Counted from the stretch's first letter, positions 1 to 10,043 are shown. The stretch: DNA of 64,000 bases from an uncultured Gemmatimonadaceae bacterium (GCA_963716745.1 OY970320.1:2624001-2688000), one strand, 5' to 3'. Numbers and translations are program-made. The notes: generated by a model not told the origin, from the letters alone.

Positions 1-2318
1 CGGCCGCGGGCACCAACCTGGAACTCACCGTGCTGCGGCGTCTCGCCGGCAGCCTGCGCGACCAGGGCGATTTCGGGAAGGCCGTGCTCGCATACAAGGA
101 GATCCAGCAGAAGGCGCCGCTCGACTCCACGGCGCTCGCGGTGCAGTCCGACATCATCGACATCTACCAGAACCGCGTGCTCGAGCCCGACAGCGCGCAG
201 GCCGCGCGGCTCGCGCTCGTGAACGACTTCGGTCCGAACACGAATTGGGGGAAGGCGAACCCGAACCTGCTCCCGGCCGCGACCGCGGCGCGTGAGCAGG
301 CGCTCCGCCAGAGCGCGCAGTACGCGCTCTCGGAAGCGCAGCGCAAGAAGTCCAAGGACAAGGTGCCGGCCAAGACGCGCTACTCCGAAGCGGCCGCGCT
401 CTACGGGCGCTACCTCACCGAGTTCGCGTCGAGTGACAGCGCGCAGGCCATGGCGTTCTACGAGGGTGAAGCCCTCTTCGGCGCCGGCGATTATTCGGAC
501 GCCGGCGCGTCGTACTCCCTCGCCGCGTACACCTACAAGAGCTCGGATGCGAAGCTCGCCGACAAGGCCGGACAGGACGCGATCGTCGCGTACGATTCCG
601 CCACGGCGCACGGCCGCGGCGATAAGGCCGCGCAGGATTCCCTCTTCGCGAGCGTGGACCGCTACGTCACCGCGTTCCCCGAGAGCCCGGTCGCGAAGAC
701 GGCGCTCATTCAGAAGGGCAAACGCGCCTCGGAGTCGAAGCGCTGGGACGTGATGGAGGCCACCTTCCGCGCGTACATCGCCAAGTATCCGAATGACAAG
801 TATGTGCCCACCGCCCAGAAGCTGGTCGGCGACGCAATGTACAAGCAAGGCGAGTACGGCAAGGCGCAGGCCCAGTGGGAATCGGCGGGCGCGCTGGCGG
901 CCAGCTCCGGCAATAAGGTGCTCGCCGATTCGATCACGCGCATCCGGAACGCGGCCACGGTCACGTTCGGCGATTCGCTCGTGAAGGCGGGCGACTACAA
1001 CCGCGCCGCCGAGGAAGTGTACATCGGCTACGCCGACCGGAATCCCAAGTCGGACAAGGCGCCGGACGCGCTGCGGAACGCGGTGGAAGTGTACATGCTG
1101 GCCGACAGCGCGGCGCTCGCGAAGCACGACACAGCGGCGTCGACCGCGGCGCGTGAACACGCGCTGAACGTCGCCGATCGCATCACGCGCGACTATCCGA
1201 CCTACAAGTACAAGGTGCAGTACCAGGCGCTCCAAGCGCAGCTGCTGGGCGAACTGGGCCATCGCGACAGCGCCGCGGCGGTGCTCTCCACGCTCGTCAA
1301 GGAGAATCCGACGTGGCCGGGGCGCGCCGACGCAATGGTGCGCATCGCGGTCGACCTCGACTCGCTGGGCAAATACAAGGAATCGGCCGACGCGTACGAA
1401 CGGTTCGCGGCGTCGTATCCGAAGGACAAGCGCGCGCCGGACGCGCAGTACAACGCCGCGGCCGCGTATCTCCAGGCGGGCGACAGCGCGAACGCCGCCC
1501 GGGCGCTCGGCGCCTTCGTGAAGGTGAATCCGCGCGACAAGCGCGCGCCGGACGCGACCGCTGAGCGGATCGCGCTGCTCAAGGCGACGGGCGCGTCGGC
1601 AGCGGCCGACGCGGAGTTGGCGAAACTGTGCGGTCATCCGACCGCGCAGCTGAAGTCGGAGTGTGCCGCGCGCGCCGGTGCGGCGGCATTCGCGAGCGGC
1701 CAGGCGCTCTGGGCGAAATACCAGGGGATGCAGCTCGTCATTGCGAGGAAGAACAACCTGACGCGCGCCGGTGTGGCGCGGCTCTCGCAGCCCAAGAAGG
1801 ACCTGCTCGCGAAGATGAACGGCGAGTTCGCGAAGGCGATCGAGACCGGCTCGCCTGAGTGGGTGTCGGCGGGCAGCTACTACGCCGGCCTCGCGCAGTG
1901 GGAGTATGGAAACTTCCTGGCGAATGTAACGCTTCCGAAGGATCTCTCGCCGGAGGAGAGCCAGGCGGCGCAGGCAGGTGCGGCGAAGCAGGGAGAAGCG
2001 TACTATCAGGCAGCGAACAAGCTCTGGAAGGCTCTCGTGGACAAGTCGGTGAAGGAGAAGTTCACCAACGCATGGGTGGATCGTGCGCAGGCGGCGCTCG
2101 CGGGCAAGGTGGATGCGACGCCCGGAGCGGTGGCGCCCGCGCCGGCCGCGCCCGCGCCGGCGAAGCCCGCACCGCCCGCGCCCGCTACTGCGAAGCCGCC
2201 CGCGCCCGCCGCTGCGAAGCCGCCCGCGCCTGCCGCTGCGAAGCCGCCCGCGCCCGCTACTGCGAAGCCGCCCGCGCCCGCACCGGCGAAGCCACCAACA
2301 TCGGGAGGTGGGCGATGA
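1..2318 (+). CDS. Large TPR-repeat protein, GltD/AgmU-like (5' truncated by window), with Pro/Ala-rich C-terminal tail
   Basis: Open frame from the window start. Repeated BamD/YbgF-like TPR motifs (RYIAKYPNDKYVPTAQKLVGD, FAASYPKDKRAPDAQYNAA). C-terminal GSPEWVSAGSYYAG...LSPEE segment recalls GltD. Lies upstream of motA/exbD/agmX-like genes. Confidence 0.75.
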   Translation, partial: AAGTNLELTVLRRLAGSLRDQGDFGKAVLAYKEIQQKAPLDSTALAVQSDIIDIYQNRVLEPDSAQAARLALVNDFGPNTNWGKANPNLLPAATAAREQALRQSAQYALSEAQRKKSKDKVPAKTRYSEAAALYGRYLTEFASSDSAQAMAFYEGEALFGAGDYSDAGASYSLAAYTYKSSDAKLADKAGQDAIVAYDSATAHGRGDKAAQDSLFASVDRYVTAFPESPVAKTALIQKGKRASESKRWDVMEATFRAYIAKYPNDKYVPTAQKLVGDAMYKQGEYGKAQAQWESAGALAASSGNKVLADSITRIRNAATVTFGDSLVKAGDYNRAAEEVYIGYADRNPKSDKAPDALRNAVEVYMLADSAALAKHDTAASTAAREHALNVADRITRDYPTYKYKVQYQALQAQLLGELGHRDSAAAVLSTLVKENPTWPGRADAMVRIAVDLDSLGKYKESADAYERFAASYPKDKRAPDAQYNAAAAYLQAGDSANAARALGAFVKVNPRDKRAPDATAERIALLKATGASAAADAELAKLCGHPTAQLKSECAARAGAAAFASGQALWAKYQGMQLVIARKNNLTRAGVARLSQPKKDLLAKMNGEFAKAIETGSPEWVSAGSYYAGLAQWEYGNFLANVTLPKDLSPEESQAAQAGAAKQGEAYYQAANKLWKALVDKSVKEKFTNAWVDRAQAALAGKVDATPGAVAPAPAAPAPAKPAPPAPATAKPPAPAAAKPPAPAAAKPPAPATAKPPAPAPAKPPTSGGGR
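2130..2298 (+). repeat. Coding tandem repeat, ~24-nt unit (PAPA[T/A]AKP) x ~5-6
   Basis: Repeated gcgaagccgcccgcgcccgc... units. Confidence 0.85.
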
Positions 2319-3076
2319 GCACCGGCACCTGCACGCGTGCGCGGCTCATCGTCGCGCTGACGCTCGTGATGGTCTTGGCCGTCGCCGGTGGTGCGCAGGC
2401 GCAGCAGCCGCCCGTGAAGAAGCCGGCCACGACCGGGCAAACGATCGAGATCCGCGGCCAGGCGCCGACGCCACAGGTGGTCACCGTGCGTCCGCGCGAG
2501 GTGCCCGACTATAAGGCGGGCGGGCTGCCCAGCGCCGTGATGGGATCGGGATCGTGGCCATCGGTGACCGCCGGATACGCGATCACGCCCGCGAACCAAC
2601 TGGCGGGACGTCTGCCGCTCGACACGAGCGCGGCCGGGATCGCGCGCGGCGGGACCACTGTGGGCGGCGTGGCGCTCGCGGGTGGAGCGGCCGCCGGTGC
2701 GGCGGCGGGCGCACCCGGAGGCGCGCCAGGCAGCGCGCCTGGCGGGAGCGCGGCCGAGATCGAAGCGATGCGGAAGGAGCTGGCGATGCGCAAAGCGCGT
2801 CTCGATTCGCTCCAGCGCGCGCAGAACGAGAACCAGGCGCATCAGGCCGCGCTCGGCGCAGCGCCCGCGGGCGCTAGGCATGCGACCGCCGCCGACTCGG
2901 CGGCCCGCGTCGCGGAGATCGAAGCGATCCGCAAAGAGCTGAATTACCGCATGCAGCGGCTGGATTCGCTGCAGCGGGAAGTGAATAACCTGGGTGGCAA
3001 GAAGGCCGCGCCCGTGAAGGCCGACACCACGAAGAAGGGGACGCCCGGCAGCAAGCCGCCGCGCGGCTCCCGTTGA
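2315..3076 (+). CDS. Exported hypothetical protein with coiled-coil repeats
   Basis: ATGA overlap with the upstream stop. Signal peptide (LIVALTLVMVLAVAGGAQA). Duplicated AEIEA(M/I)RKEL..R..RLDSLQR motif. Confidence 0.7.
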   Translation: MSTGTCTRARLIVALTLVMVLAVAGGAQAQQPPVKKPATTGQTIEIRGQAPTPQVVTVRPREVPDYKAGGLPSAVMGSGSWPSVTAGYAITPANQLAGRLPLDTSAAGIARGGTTVGGVALAGGAAAGAAAGAPGGAPGSAPGGSAAEIEAMRKELAMRKARLDSLQRAQNENQAHQAALGAAPAGARHATAADSAARVAEIEAIRKELNYRMQRLDSLQREVNNLGGKKAAPVKADTTKKGTPGSKPPRGSR

Positions 3077-3117
3077 ACCCTGACCGCGTTCGAAATCCTA
3101 CGGAGGATCCGCGTCGA

Positions 3118-3756
3118 ATGAATCTCATCCAGTATTTCCGGAACGGCGGCCCGATCATGTATCCCATCCTTCTGACGGCGATCGTCGGGATGGCGATATT
3201 CTTCGAGCGGTTGTACACGATCGTGATCCGGTCGAAGATCAACGGCCGCGCATTCATCGAGCGTGTGATCCAGCTCGTCCGCGCGGGCAAGGCCGACGAC
3301 GCGATCAAACTCTGCCAGCAGTCGAAGGCCGTGCTGCCGGACATGGGCATGCTGATCCTGCGCAGCCGGAGCCGCGACGAGGCGGACCTGCAGAACGTGG
3401 CGGACGCGGCGGCGCTCTCGGTGCTCCCGCGGCTCACGCGCCGGCTCCATTATCTCCCGATGCTCGCGAACGTCGCGACGCTCATCGGGCTGCTCGGCAC
3501 GATCTTCGGCCTGCAGGCGGCCTTCGCGTCGGTCGGTCTCGCCAGTGCGGCCGCACGAAGCGGAGAGCTGGCGAAGGGTATCTCGGTGGCACTGTACGCG
3601 ACGGGCTTCGGCCTGCTCACGGCGATCCCGCTGTCGGTGGGACACGCCTATCTTGTGAGCCAGGCGGAAGGGATCATCGAGCAGGTGGACGAGTTCCAGG
3701 TGCGGTTGATCAATGCGCTGATCGACCGGCCCGACGTGCGCATCGGGAACCGGTAG
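3118..3756 (+). CDS. MotA/TolQ/ExbB proton channel protein (AglR-like)
   Basis: GGPIMYPIL, ATLIGLLGTIFG, GISVALYATGFGLLTAIP motifs; RBS GGAGG. Confidence 0.92.
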   Translation: MNLIQYFRNGGPIMYPILLTAIVGMAIFFERLYTIVIRSKINGRAFIERVIQLVRAGKADDAIKLCQQSKAVLPDMGMLILRSRSRDEADLQNVADAAALSVLPRLTRRLHYLPMLANVATLIGLLGTIFGLQAAFASVGLASAAARSGELAKGISVALYATGFGLLTAIPLSVGHAYLVSQAEGIIEQVDEFQVRLINALIDRPDVRIGNR

Positions 3757-3823
3757 TGACGGTGTGCACGTCCGGCCGCGGCCGGCGTCCATCCGTAGTC
3801 CGACTTACCTGAGCTGATCCGAT

Positions 3824-4354
3824 ATGGCTTCGCTATTCCATCGATCCACCAATCGGCGCAAGGCGGCCGCGCCCCTGACGGCGCACGGGAACATCAATCT
3901 CGTGCCGCTCGTGGACATCCTCACGTCCATCGTCTTCTTCTCGCTCATCACGCTGCAGAACGCCGACGTCGCGACGCTCACGAGCTTCGACCTCGCGCTG
4001 CCGCCGGTGGTGGTGACCACGCCCGAGCAGATGAGCAAGCTGAAGTCGGACCAGGCGCTGGACCTGCTGCTCACCGTGCGCGTGGACAACGAGAAGATGC
4101 TCGTCGAGCACTCGGAGGAAGGCGGCTTCCATCGGCAGATCAACGGCGTCGATTCGGCATCGCTCGTGCAGCTGCAGGCGCTGATGACCGAGATCCGCAC
4201 GAAGTATCCGCAGAACAGCGATGTGACCGTGATCCCGGACGACGACGTGAGTTACGACAACCTCGTGCACGTGCTCGAGCACCTCAAACTCGCGCACTTC
4301 ACCGGCATCTCGCTGGGCACCCGTTCGCGCGGCGCCGCCGCGCCGGGAGCGTAG
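3824..4354 (+). CDS. ExbD/TolR family protein (AglQ/S-like)
   Basis: INLVPLVDILTSIVFF TM motif with conserved Asp; IPDDDVSYDNLVHVL. Confidence 0.9.
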   Translation: MASLFHRSTNRRKAAAPLTAHGNINLVPLVDILTSIVFFSLITLQNADVATLTSFDLALPPVVVTTPEQMSKLKSDQALDLLLTVRVDNEKMLVEHSEEGGFHRQINGVDSASLVQLQALMTEIRTKYPQNSDVTVIPDDDVSYDNLVHVLEHLKLAHFTGISLGTRSRGAAAPGA

Positions 4355-4355
4355 C

Positions 4356-4943
4356 ATGGCCGCCCGGGGCCGTGATGCCCGCGCCCAACGGCGCGCCGCG
4401 CAGTTCGCGAAGTTCCGGATCACGGAACTGAACCTCGTGCCGCTCGTGGACACGTTCGTGTCCATCGTGTTCTTCGCGCTCACCAGCGCGACCGTGGGCG
4501 AGCTCGCGCCGGTGGCCGCTGGCGTGCGGCTGCCCGAGGCGTCGGTGGGCAGCAGCGCGCTGCAGCAGCTCACCCTGGGCGTGGGGCGGGACCTCACGCT
4601 CGGCGGCGCGCGCGTCACCGGAACGCTCAATGCGGCCGCGGCGGTCTCAACCGATCCCACGCAGCCGCTCATGATCCCCGTGCTGCTCGCTGCACTCAAG
4701 GAAGCGGGCGATTCCATCAAGACCGCGCATGGCATCGCGCCCGACCAGCCGGTGGATGCGCCGCTCGCGATCCAGGCCGACAAGAGCATGCGCTACGATC
4801 TGCTCGCGCGGCTCATGCAGACATCCAGGCTCGCGGGCTTCAAGAACATCTCGTTGCAGGTGAAGCGCGTGGGTGAAGCCACGGCCGTCGTGGACAGCAC
4901 CGCCGCGCCGCCGCCCGCGGCCCCGCCGACGGGAGGGCGCTGA
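4356..4943 (+). CDS. ExbD/TolR family protein (AglQ/S-like)
   Basis: LNLVPLVDTFVSIVFF; IQADKSMRYDLLARLMQTSRLAGF. Confidence 0.9.
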   Translation: MAARGRDARAQRRAAQFAKFRITELNLVPLVDTFVSIVFFALTSATVGELAPVAAGVRLPEASVGSSALQQLTLGVGRDLTLGGARVTGTLNAAAAVSTDPTQPLMIPVLLAALKEAGDSIKTAHGIAPDQPVDAPLAIQADKSMRYDLLARLMQTSRLAGFKNISLQVKRVGEATAVVDSTAAPPPAAPPTGGR

Positions 4944-4944
4944 C

Positions 4945-5899
4945 ATGAACAAGCCGCCTTCGCGCCCGCCCGAGATCCGCAAGCGTGTGGACGAGGTCTC
5001 GTTCACGCGCAACATGCGATTCGAGATCGCCGACGCCGAAGGGCGCGCGCTCCTGTGGAGTTATGTGCTCGCCGGATCCATGGGCCTCATCTGGCTGCTC
5101 ATGGTGTGGTTCGGTCCATCGTCGCAGTCGCTGATCAGCCTGCTGCCGCCGGAGGAGACGCCGGTGGAAGTGAAGTTCGAATGACGCGAAGCCGGCGCCG
5201 ACGCCGACCGCCGCGCCTGTGGCGGCGCCTGCGGCGGCGGCTCCCGCGCCCAAGCCCGCCGGCGGCAATGAAGGGCAGAATCAGAAGAACATCAAGAAGA
5301 TGGGCGACGCGTTCGGCGGCGCCTCGAAGGGCGGCGGCGGGATGGTGGGCAATGTGACCAACGCGCTGCGCGGCGTGGACGTGAGTTCCTCCACCGGTGG
5401 CTCGCCCGGCATGCAGGGGAAAGCGGTGATCGGCTACGGCCAGGGCGGACAGGGATCGCGCACGCCCGGACGCGGCGGACTCGGCACCGGACTGGGCACC
5501 GGCGGCGGCGGGATTGGCGGCGTCGGCGGCACGGGCGTCGGATACTCCGGCGTGCTCGTCGCCGCGCCGCAGGTGATCCACGCGACCAACGCGGGCGGCC
5601 CCGGGCGTAACACGTCCGACCTCGGCAATTACGTGCGCGGCCGCGACTCGCAGCTCCGGTTCTGCTATGAGGAATACGGACTGAAGGTGAACCCGAGCCT
5701 CGCCGGATCCGTCACGGCGGCGGTGACCCTCACCGGCCAGGGGAACGTGACCGACGTCGCGATCAGCGACCGCACGTGGAGCGGCGCCGGATCATCGGAA
5801 GCAGAGAATTGCATCAAGCAGCGGATTTCGGGATGGAGGTTCCCGCCGTCCGAAGCAGGGGGCGGGACGTACTCCTTCAGCTTCTCCTTCTCCAAGTAA
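4945..5899 (+). CDS. TonB-like AgmX/PglI (GltG-like) C-terminal domain protein; frameshift near 5180
   Basis: N-terminal TM, Gly-rich linker, C-terminal LRFCYE...NPSLAGSV...ENCIKQRISGWRFP...YSFSF domain. Joins ORFs 4873..5184 and 5219..5899. Confidence 0.82.
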
Positions 5900-5902
5900 C
5901 TA

Positions 5903-6083
5903 CGAACGGCGTGAGTACCGAGTCGTGCGTGTTGGAGCACGCACGGCGTGAGTACGGAGTCGTGCGTATTGGACCACTGACGGCGTGAGTACCGACTCGG
6001 TATTCACGCCGTTCGCGATACGGACGACTCGGTCCTCGCGCCGTTGCGTGGTCGAACACGTACGACTCGGTACTCACGCGGTT
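5903..6083. repeat. Imperfect palindromic intergenic element (family A)
   Basis: cgtgagtaccgagtcgtgcgt ... acgtacgactcggtactcacg arms, shared with 15082, 34880 and 55795. Confidence 0.85.
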
Positions 6084-6681
6084 AGTTGTTGATCGCGAGC
6101 GTATCCACCTTGTCCGCGCCGATCTCGACTCTCTTGGGAGTACCGAGTGCCTCCCCCCGTGCGCCGAGCGTCACAATGTACCATGTGCCCGTCGTCAGCG
6201 AGAACGACGCCCGTTCGTTCACGATCTTCTCGCGCGCGAGCGTCCGGCCCGCGGCGGTCGCTTCTTTCGTGAGTTCCTCAATGTCGAGTGCGCGCACCGG
6301 TCCGGCGTGGAGGCGCAGGCTGTCGCGTCGCATCCGGAGACTCTCGGCGCTCGCGGCGTCGCGCGTGAACGCCGCGTATGCCAATGCATATCCCGGCGTC
6401 CGGCGGTCCGTGCGATCCATGGAATCGGCGCGCGCATTGAGCACCGTGCGCACGCGCCGGTACACCGCGTTGAGCGAATCCGCCGAATGACGCGCCGGAT
6501 CGTTCACGATGAGCAGGGCGGGGTCCACCGGGGTCGCGAGGACTTCCACGCCTCCGGGCACGGTGGTAGAATCCAGCACCACGCGCAGGGTGCCGCTGCG
6601 CGCGCAGGCGATCGCGGCGAGAGCCAGGGCGGGGGCGGCGCGCCGCAGTCTTCCAATGAGGGCGCACACTGAGTGTGGCAT
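6082..6681 (-). CDS. Hypothetical lipoprotein (start uncertain)
   Basis: Lipobox-like LALAAIAC followed by a protein-like sequence. Fills the gap; upstream part of the ORF-track call overlaps the TPM gene. Confidence 0.55.
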   Translation of the reverse strand: MPHSVCALIGRLRRAAPALALAAIACARSGTLRVVLDSTTVPGGVEVLATPVDPALLIVNDPARHSADSLNAVYRRVRTVLNARADSMDRTDRRTPGYALAYAAFTRDAASAESLRMRRDSLRLHAGPVRALDIEELTKEATAAGRTLAREKIVNERASFSLTTGTWYIVTLGARGEALGTPKRVEIGADKVDTLAINN

Positions 6682-7461
6682 AGAGCGCTGCAAGGTATCG
6701 GCGCCCTCTGGGTGCTGCAAGCGGCGCCGGCGCTGCCGGAACCCCGCGGATACATCAACGACTTCGCGAACGTCATTCCCGCCGATGACGCCGCGCGCAT
6801 GAGCGCCATCATAAATGATGTGCGCGCGAAGTCGGGCGGCGAGATCGTCGTCATCACGATGCCGAGCATTGGCGACCGCGATGTGAACGACATGGCGCTC
6901 CAGTTCGGCCGCCAATGGAAGGTGGGCAAGAAGGCCGCGCCGGGCAATGCCGCGCGCAACACGGGCATCATAATCCTCGTGGTGCCCAAGGAGACCAGCT
7001 CCGACGGCCGCGGCCACGTAGCGGTCGCGACGGGTACCGGCACGGAAGGGTTCATCACTGACGGCGACGCGGGGCAGATCCGCGACGAGGCCATCCCGCT
7101 CTTCCGTCAACAGAACTACGGAGGCGCGATCGAGCTCATGGTCTCGCGCGTGGCCGAGCGTTATGCGCGCGAGTTCAACTTCCCGCTCGATTCGTCGCTC
7201 GCGATCGCGCCGCAACCCATCCGCGTGCCACCCGCGCGCCTGCCGAGGATCGATCCGTTCTGGATATTCTTCGTCATCATAATCGTCATTAACTTGGTGC
7301 GGCTGCTCATGGGCCGGCGCGGTTGCGTCGGCTGCGCGGCGCCAATGTTCATTGGCGGCGGGGGCGGCGGCAGCAGTTGGAGCGGGGGAGGCGGCGGCGG
7401 TTTCGGCGGGTTCGGTGGCGGCGGGGGGTTCGGTGGTGGCGGCGCAAGCGGGAGTTGGTGA
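6673..7461 (+). CDS. TPM domain (YgcG-like) membrane protein
   Basis: GYINDFANVI, WKVGKK, VATGTGTEGFITD motifs; TM; Gly-rich GGGFGGGGASGSW end. Confidence 0.9.
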   Translation: MWHRALQGIGALWVLQAAPALPEPRGYINDFANVIPADDAARMSAIINDVRAKSGGEIVVITMPSIGDRDVNDMALQFGRQWKVGKKAAPGNAARNTGIIILVVPKETSSDGRGHVAVATGTGTEGFITDGDAGQIRDEAIPLFRQQNYGGAIELMVSRVAERYAREFNFPLDSSLAIAPQPIRVPPARLPRIDPFWIFFVIIIVINLVRLLMGRRGCVGCAAPMFIGGGGGGSSWSGGGGGGFGGFGGGGGFGGGGASGSW

Positions 7462-7463
7462 CC

Positions 7464-8177
7464 ATGGCCAAGATGACGCTCGACGGACTCGTGTCCCAAT
7501 TGAAGCTCGCCTTCGGCGGCGAGCTCGTGGCCGTCGTGCTCTACGGCTCCGCGGCGCGCGACGCGTCGGGCGCGACGCCGCGCGGCAGCAACGTGCTCGT
7601 GGTAGTCGCGCGCATCACAATGGAGACGCTCGCGCGCGAGGCGGCGATCGCGGCCGCGTGGACCGAGGCGGGCCATCCGCCGCTGCTCACGATGACGTCC
7701 GACGAATTCCACGGATCCGCCGACATCTTCCCGATCGAGTACGCCGACTTGCTCGACGCACACCGTGTGCTCTACGGCGAGATCGCCCTCGATGCGATGC
7801 AGGTCGAGCGCGCCGATCTCCGGCTGCATCTCGAGCACGAAGCGATGGGGAAACTGCTGCGGCTTCGCCGCGGCATCCTCGCCACGGGTGGCGCGAAGAA
7901 GCCGCAGCTCGCGCTGCTGTCCGAGAGCGTGGGTGCATTCCTCGTGCTCTTTCGCGCGCTCTTGCGCGTGCACGGCGACATGGTGCCCGCCGACCCGGCG
8001 GCGCTCGTGACCGCCGCGGCCGCGCGCGCCGGATTCGATCCCGCACCCTTCCACTTGGCGCTGCACCACGCGCGCGGCGAGAAGATCCCCTCGGCCGACG
8101 CGCCGGCCATCCTCTCGGCGTACCTCGCGGGCGCCACGCAATTGGCGCACTACATCGATCGCATGGGAGCAACATGA
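7464..8177 (+). CDS. Nucleotidyltransferase-like domain protein
   Basis: VVLYGSAAR motif; SADIFPIEYADL...RVLYG. Typical LemA/TPM neighbour. Confidence 0.75.
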   Translation: MAKMTLDGLVSQLKLAFGGELVAVVLYGSAARDASGATPRGSNVLVVVARITMETLAREAAIAAAWTEAGHPPLLTMTSDEFHGSADIFPIEYADLLDAHRVLYGEIALDAMQVERADLRLHLEHEAMGKLLRLRRGILATGGAKKPQLALLSESVGAFLVLFRALLRVHGDMVPADPAALVTAAAARAGFDPAPFHLALHHARGEKIPSADAPAILSAYLAGATQLAHYIDRMGAT

Positions 8178-8659
8178 AACGACTCGCGCTCTTCCCGCTC
8201 GCGCTCTTGTTCGCGCTCGTCCTCGCGGCGTGCCCGGACAAACCCAAGCCCGCGCCTGTCGCGGTGGACACGACGCCCTTGAATCTCGATTCGGTGAAGA
8301 CGGCGATCGCACCGGCCGCGCCCGACACTTTCACGCCGATCAAGATCGCCCAGCCGATCCCGCCGGCCCCGCCGGCGCTGCTGGAGGCGGTGCAACGCGA
8401 GCAGTCGTTCAGCAAGTTCTGCTACCAGGAGTTCGGCCAGAAGGCCGACCCGTCGCTCGCCGGCGGCGTTGCGATGGTGGTCACGGTGGAAGCCAGCGGC
8501 ATCACCGACGCACACGTGCGCGCCGACAGCTGGACCTCCAAGGCCGGGAAGGCGGTGAACACCTGCCTGAACGAGAAGGCGCCGCTCGCGTGGAAGCCGG
8601 AACCCGGTGCGGTGAAGCCGGGCAAGTACATCGTGCAACTCGCCTTCCGGCCGTCGTGA
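8174..8659 (+). CDS. Lipoprotein with AgmX/PglI C-terminal (TonB_C-like) domain
   Basis: Lipobox LAAC; FCYQEFGQKADPSLAGGV...NTCL resembles the C-terminus of 4945..5899. Confidence 0.75.
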   Translation: MKRLALFPLALLFALVLAACPDKPKPAPVAVDTTPLNLDSVKTAIAPAAPDTFTPIKIAQPIPPAPPALLEAVQREQSFSKFCYQEFGQKADPSLAGGVAMVVTVEASGITDAHVRADSWTSKAGKAVNTCLNEKAPLAWKPEPGAVKPGKYIVQLAFRPS

Positions 8660-8760
8660 TCGCGCAGATCTCGTTCACGCACGACTCACGTCTCACGACT
8701 AACGCCTGCACGCACGACTCACGCCTGCAGTTTCTTTTCTTCAGATTCGGAGATCCCCTG

Positions 8761-9384
8761 ATGCGCAAGAACAAGTGGCTGGCTCTCGTGCTCCCGCTCG
8801 CGATGGCGGGATGCGGCTACAACCGCATCCAGACCATGGACGAAGCGGCGAATTCCGCGCGCAGCCAGATCGAGGTGCAATTGCAGCGCCGCGCCGACCT
8901 GATCCCGAATCTCGTGAGCACGGTGAAGGGATACGCGGCGCACGAGGACGAAGTGTTCACGAAGGTCGCCGAGGCGCGCAGCGCGCTGGTGGGCGCGATC
9001 GGCACGCACGATCCCGAGCAAATGGCGGCGGCGAACGCGCAGACCACGAGCGCGCTCGGCCGGCTGCTCGCGATCTCGGAGAATTATCCGCAGCTCAAGG
9101 CGGACCAGAGTTTCATCCGCTTGCAGGATGAGCTGACGGGCACCGAGAACCGGATCGCCGTGGCGCGCAGCGATTACAATCAAGCCGCGCAGGCGTACAA
9201 CGCGTTCATCCGGCAATTCCCCACCGTGCTCACGGCGAAGGTGATCGGCGCGAAGGCGAAGCCATACTTCGAGACGCTCACCGCCGGCGCGGGCACCGCG
9301 CCCACCGTGGACTTCACGAAGCCGGGCGCGGCACCGCCGCCGGCGCCTGCTCCCGCACCGGCGCCGTCGAAGAAAGTGCCTTGA
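8761..9384 (+). CDS. lemA: LemA family protein
   Basis: LQRRADLIPNLVSTVKGYAAHE, ENYPQLKAD, ENRIAVAR motifs. Confidence 0.95.
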   Translation: MRKNKWLALVLPLAMAGCGYNRIQTMDEAANSARSQIEVQLQRRADLIPNLVSTVKGYAAHEDEVFTKVAEARSALVGAIGTHDPEQMAAANAQTTSALGRLLAISENYPQLKADQSFIRLQDELTGTENRIAVARSDYNQAAQAYNAFIRQFPTVLTAKVIGAKAKPYFETLTAGAGTAPTVDFTKPGAAPPPAPAPAPAPSKKVP

Positions 9385-9452
9385 TCAAAGCAGTGGAGGC
9401 GTGAGTCGTGAGTCGTGCGTGAAGGCGTGACGCGAGAGTCGTTCGTGAGAGC

Positions 9453-10043
9453 GTGCGTCAGGGTCGGGCGTGCTTGAGGGCGTGCGCGGTGGTGTTGATC
9501 GCCGCGTGCGCCGGCGGACCGCCGCCCGGTTCGCCGGGCGCGCCGCCTCCGGTCGTGCCGATCTTGTTCCCGCTCGTGATCGATTCCGTGCGATTCACGA
9601 GCGGATGGGGCGATGACCGTGAGGGCGGCCGCAGTCATCACGGCCAGGACATGTTCTGTCCCAAGTGGACGCCGATCATGGCGGTGGTGAACGGCACGGT
9701 GGACTGGATCCTCAGTGCACCGCCGAAGCAGCCGAAGGGCTACCACATCCTGCTGCGCGGCGATGACGGGAACGTCTATCTGTACGAGCATCTCAACAAC
9801 GACGATCCCGGCACGAGCGACAACAAGGGCGCGCCGCGCTATGCCTACGCGCGCAACCTGAAGAACGGCGACCGGGTGGAGGCCGGCGACATCATCGGGT
9901 ACGTCGGCGATTCCGGGAATGCCGAGAAGTGGGGCGCGCATCTCCACTTCGAGATCCACATTGGGAAGTGGGGGAATCCGGTGGACCCCGCGCCCTCATT
10001 GCACGCCGCCCTGGCGCGCCGCCGCGCGAATTCCTCGAATTAG
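9453..10043 (+). CDS. M23 family metallopeptidase (probable lipoprotein)
   Basis: HHGQD and HLHFE zinc motifs. Confidence 0.88.
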   Translation: MRQGRACLRACAVVLIAACAGGPPPGSPGAPPPVVPILFPLVIDSVRFTSGWGDDREGGRSHHGQDMFCPKWTPIMAVVNGTVDWILSAPPKQPKGYHILLRGDDGNVYLYEHLNNDDPGTSDNKGAPRYAYARNLKNGDRVEAGDIIGYVGDSGNAEKWGAHLHFEIHIGKWGNPVDPAPSLHAALARRRANSSN

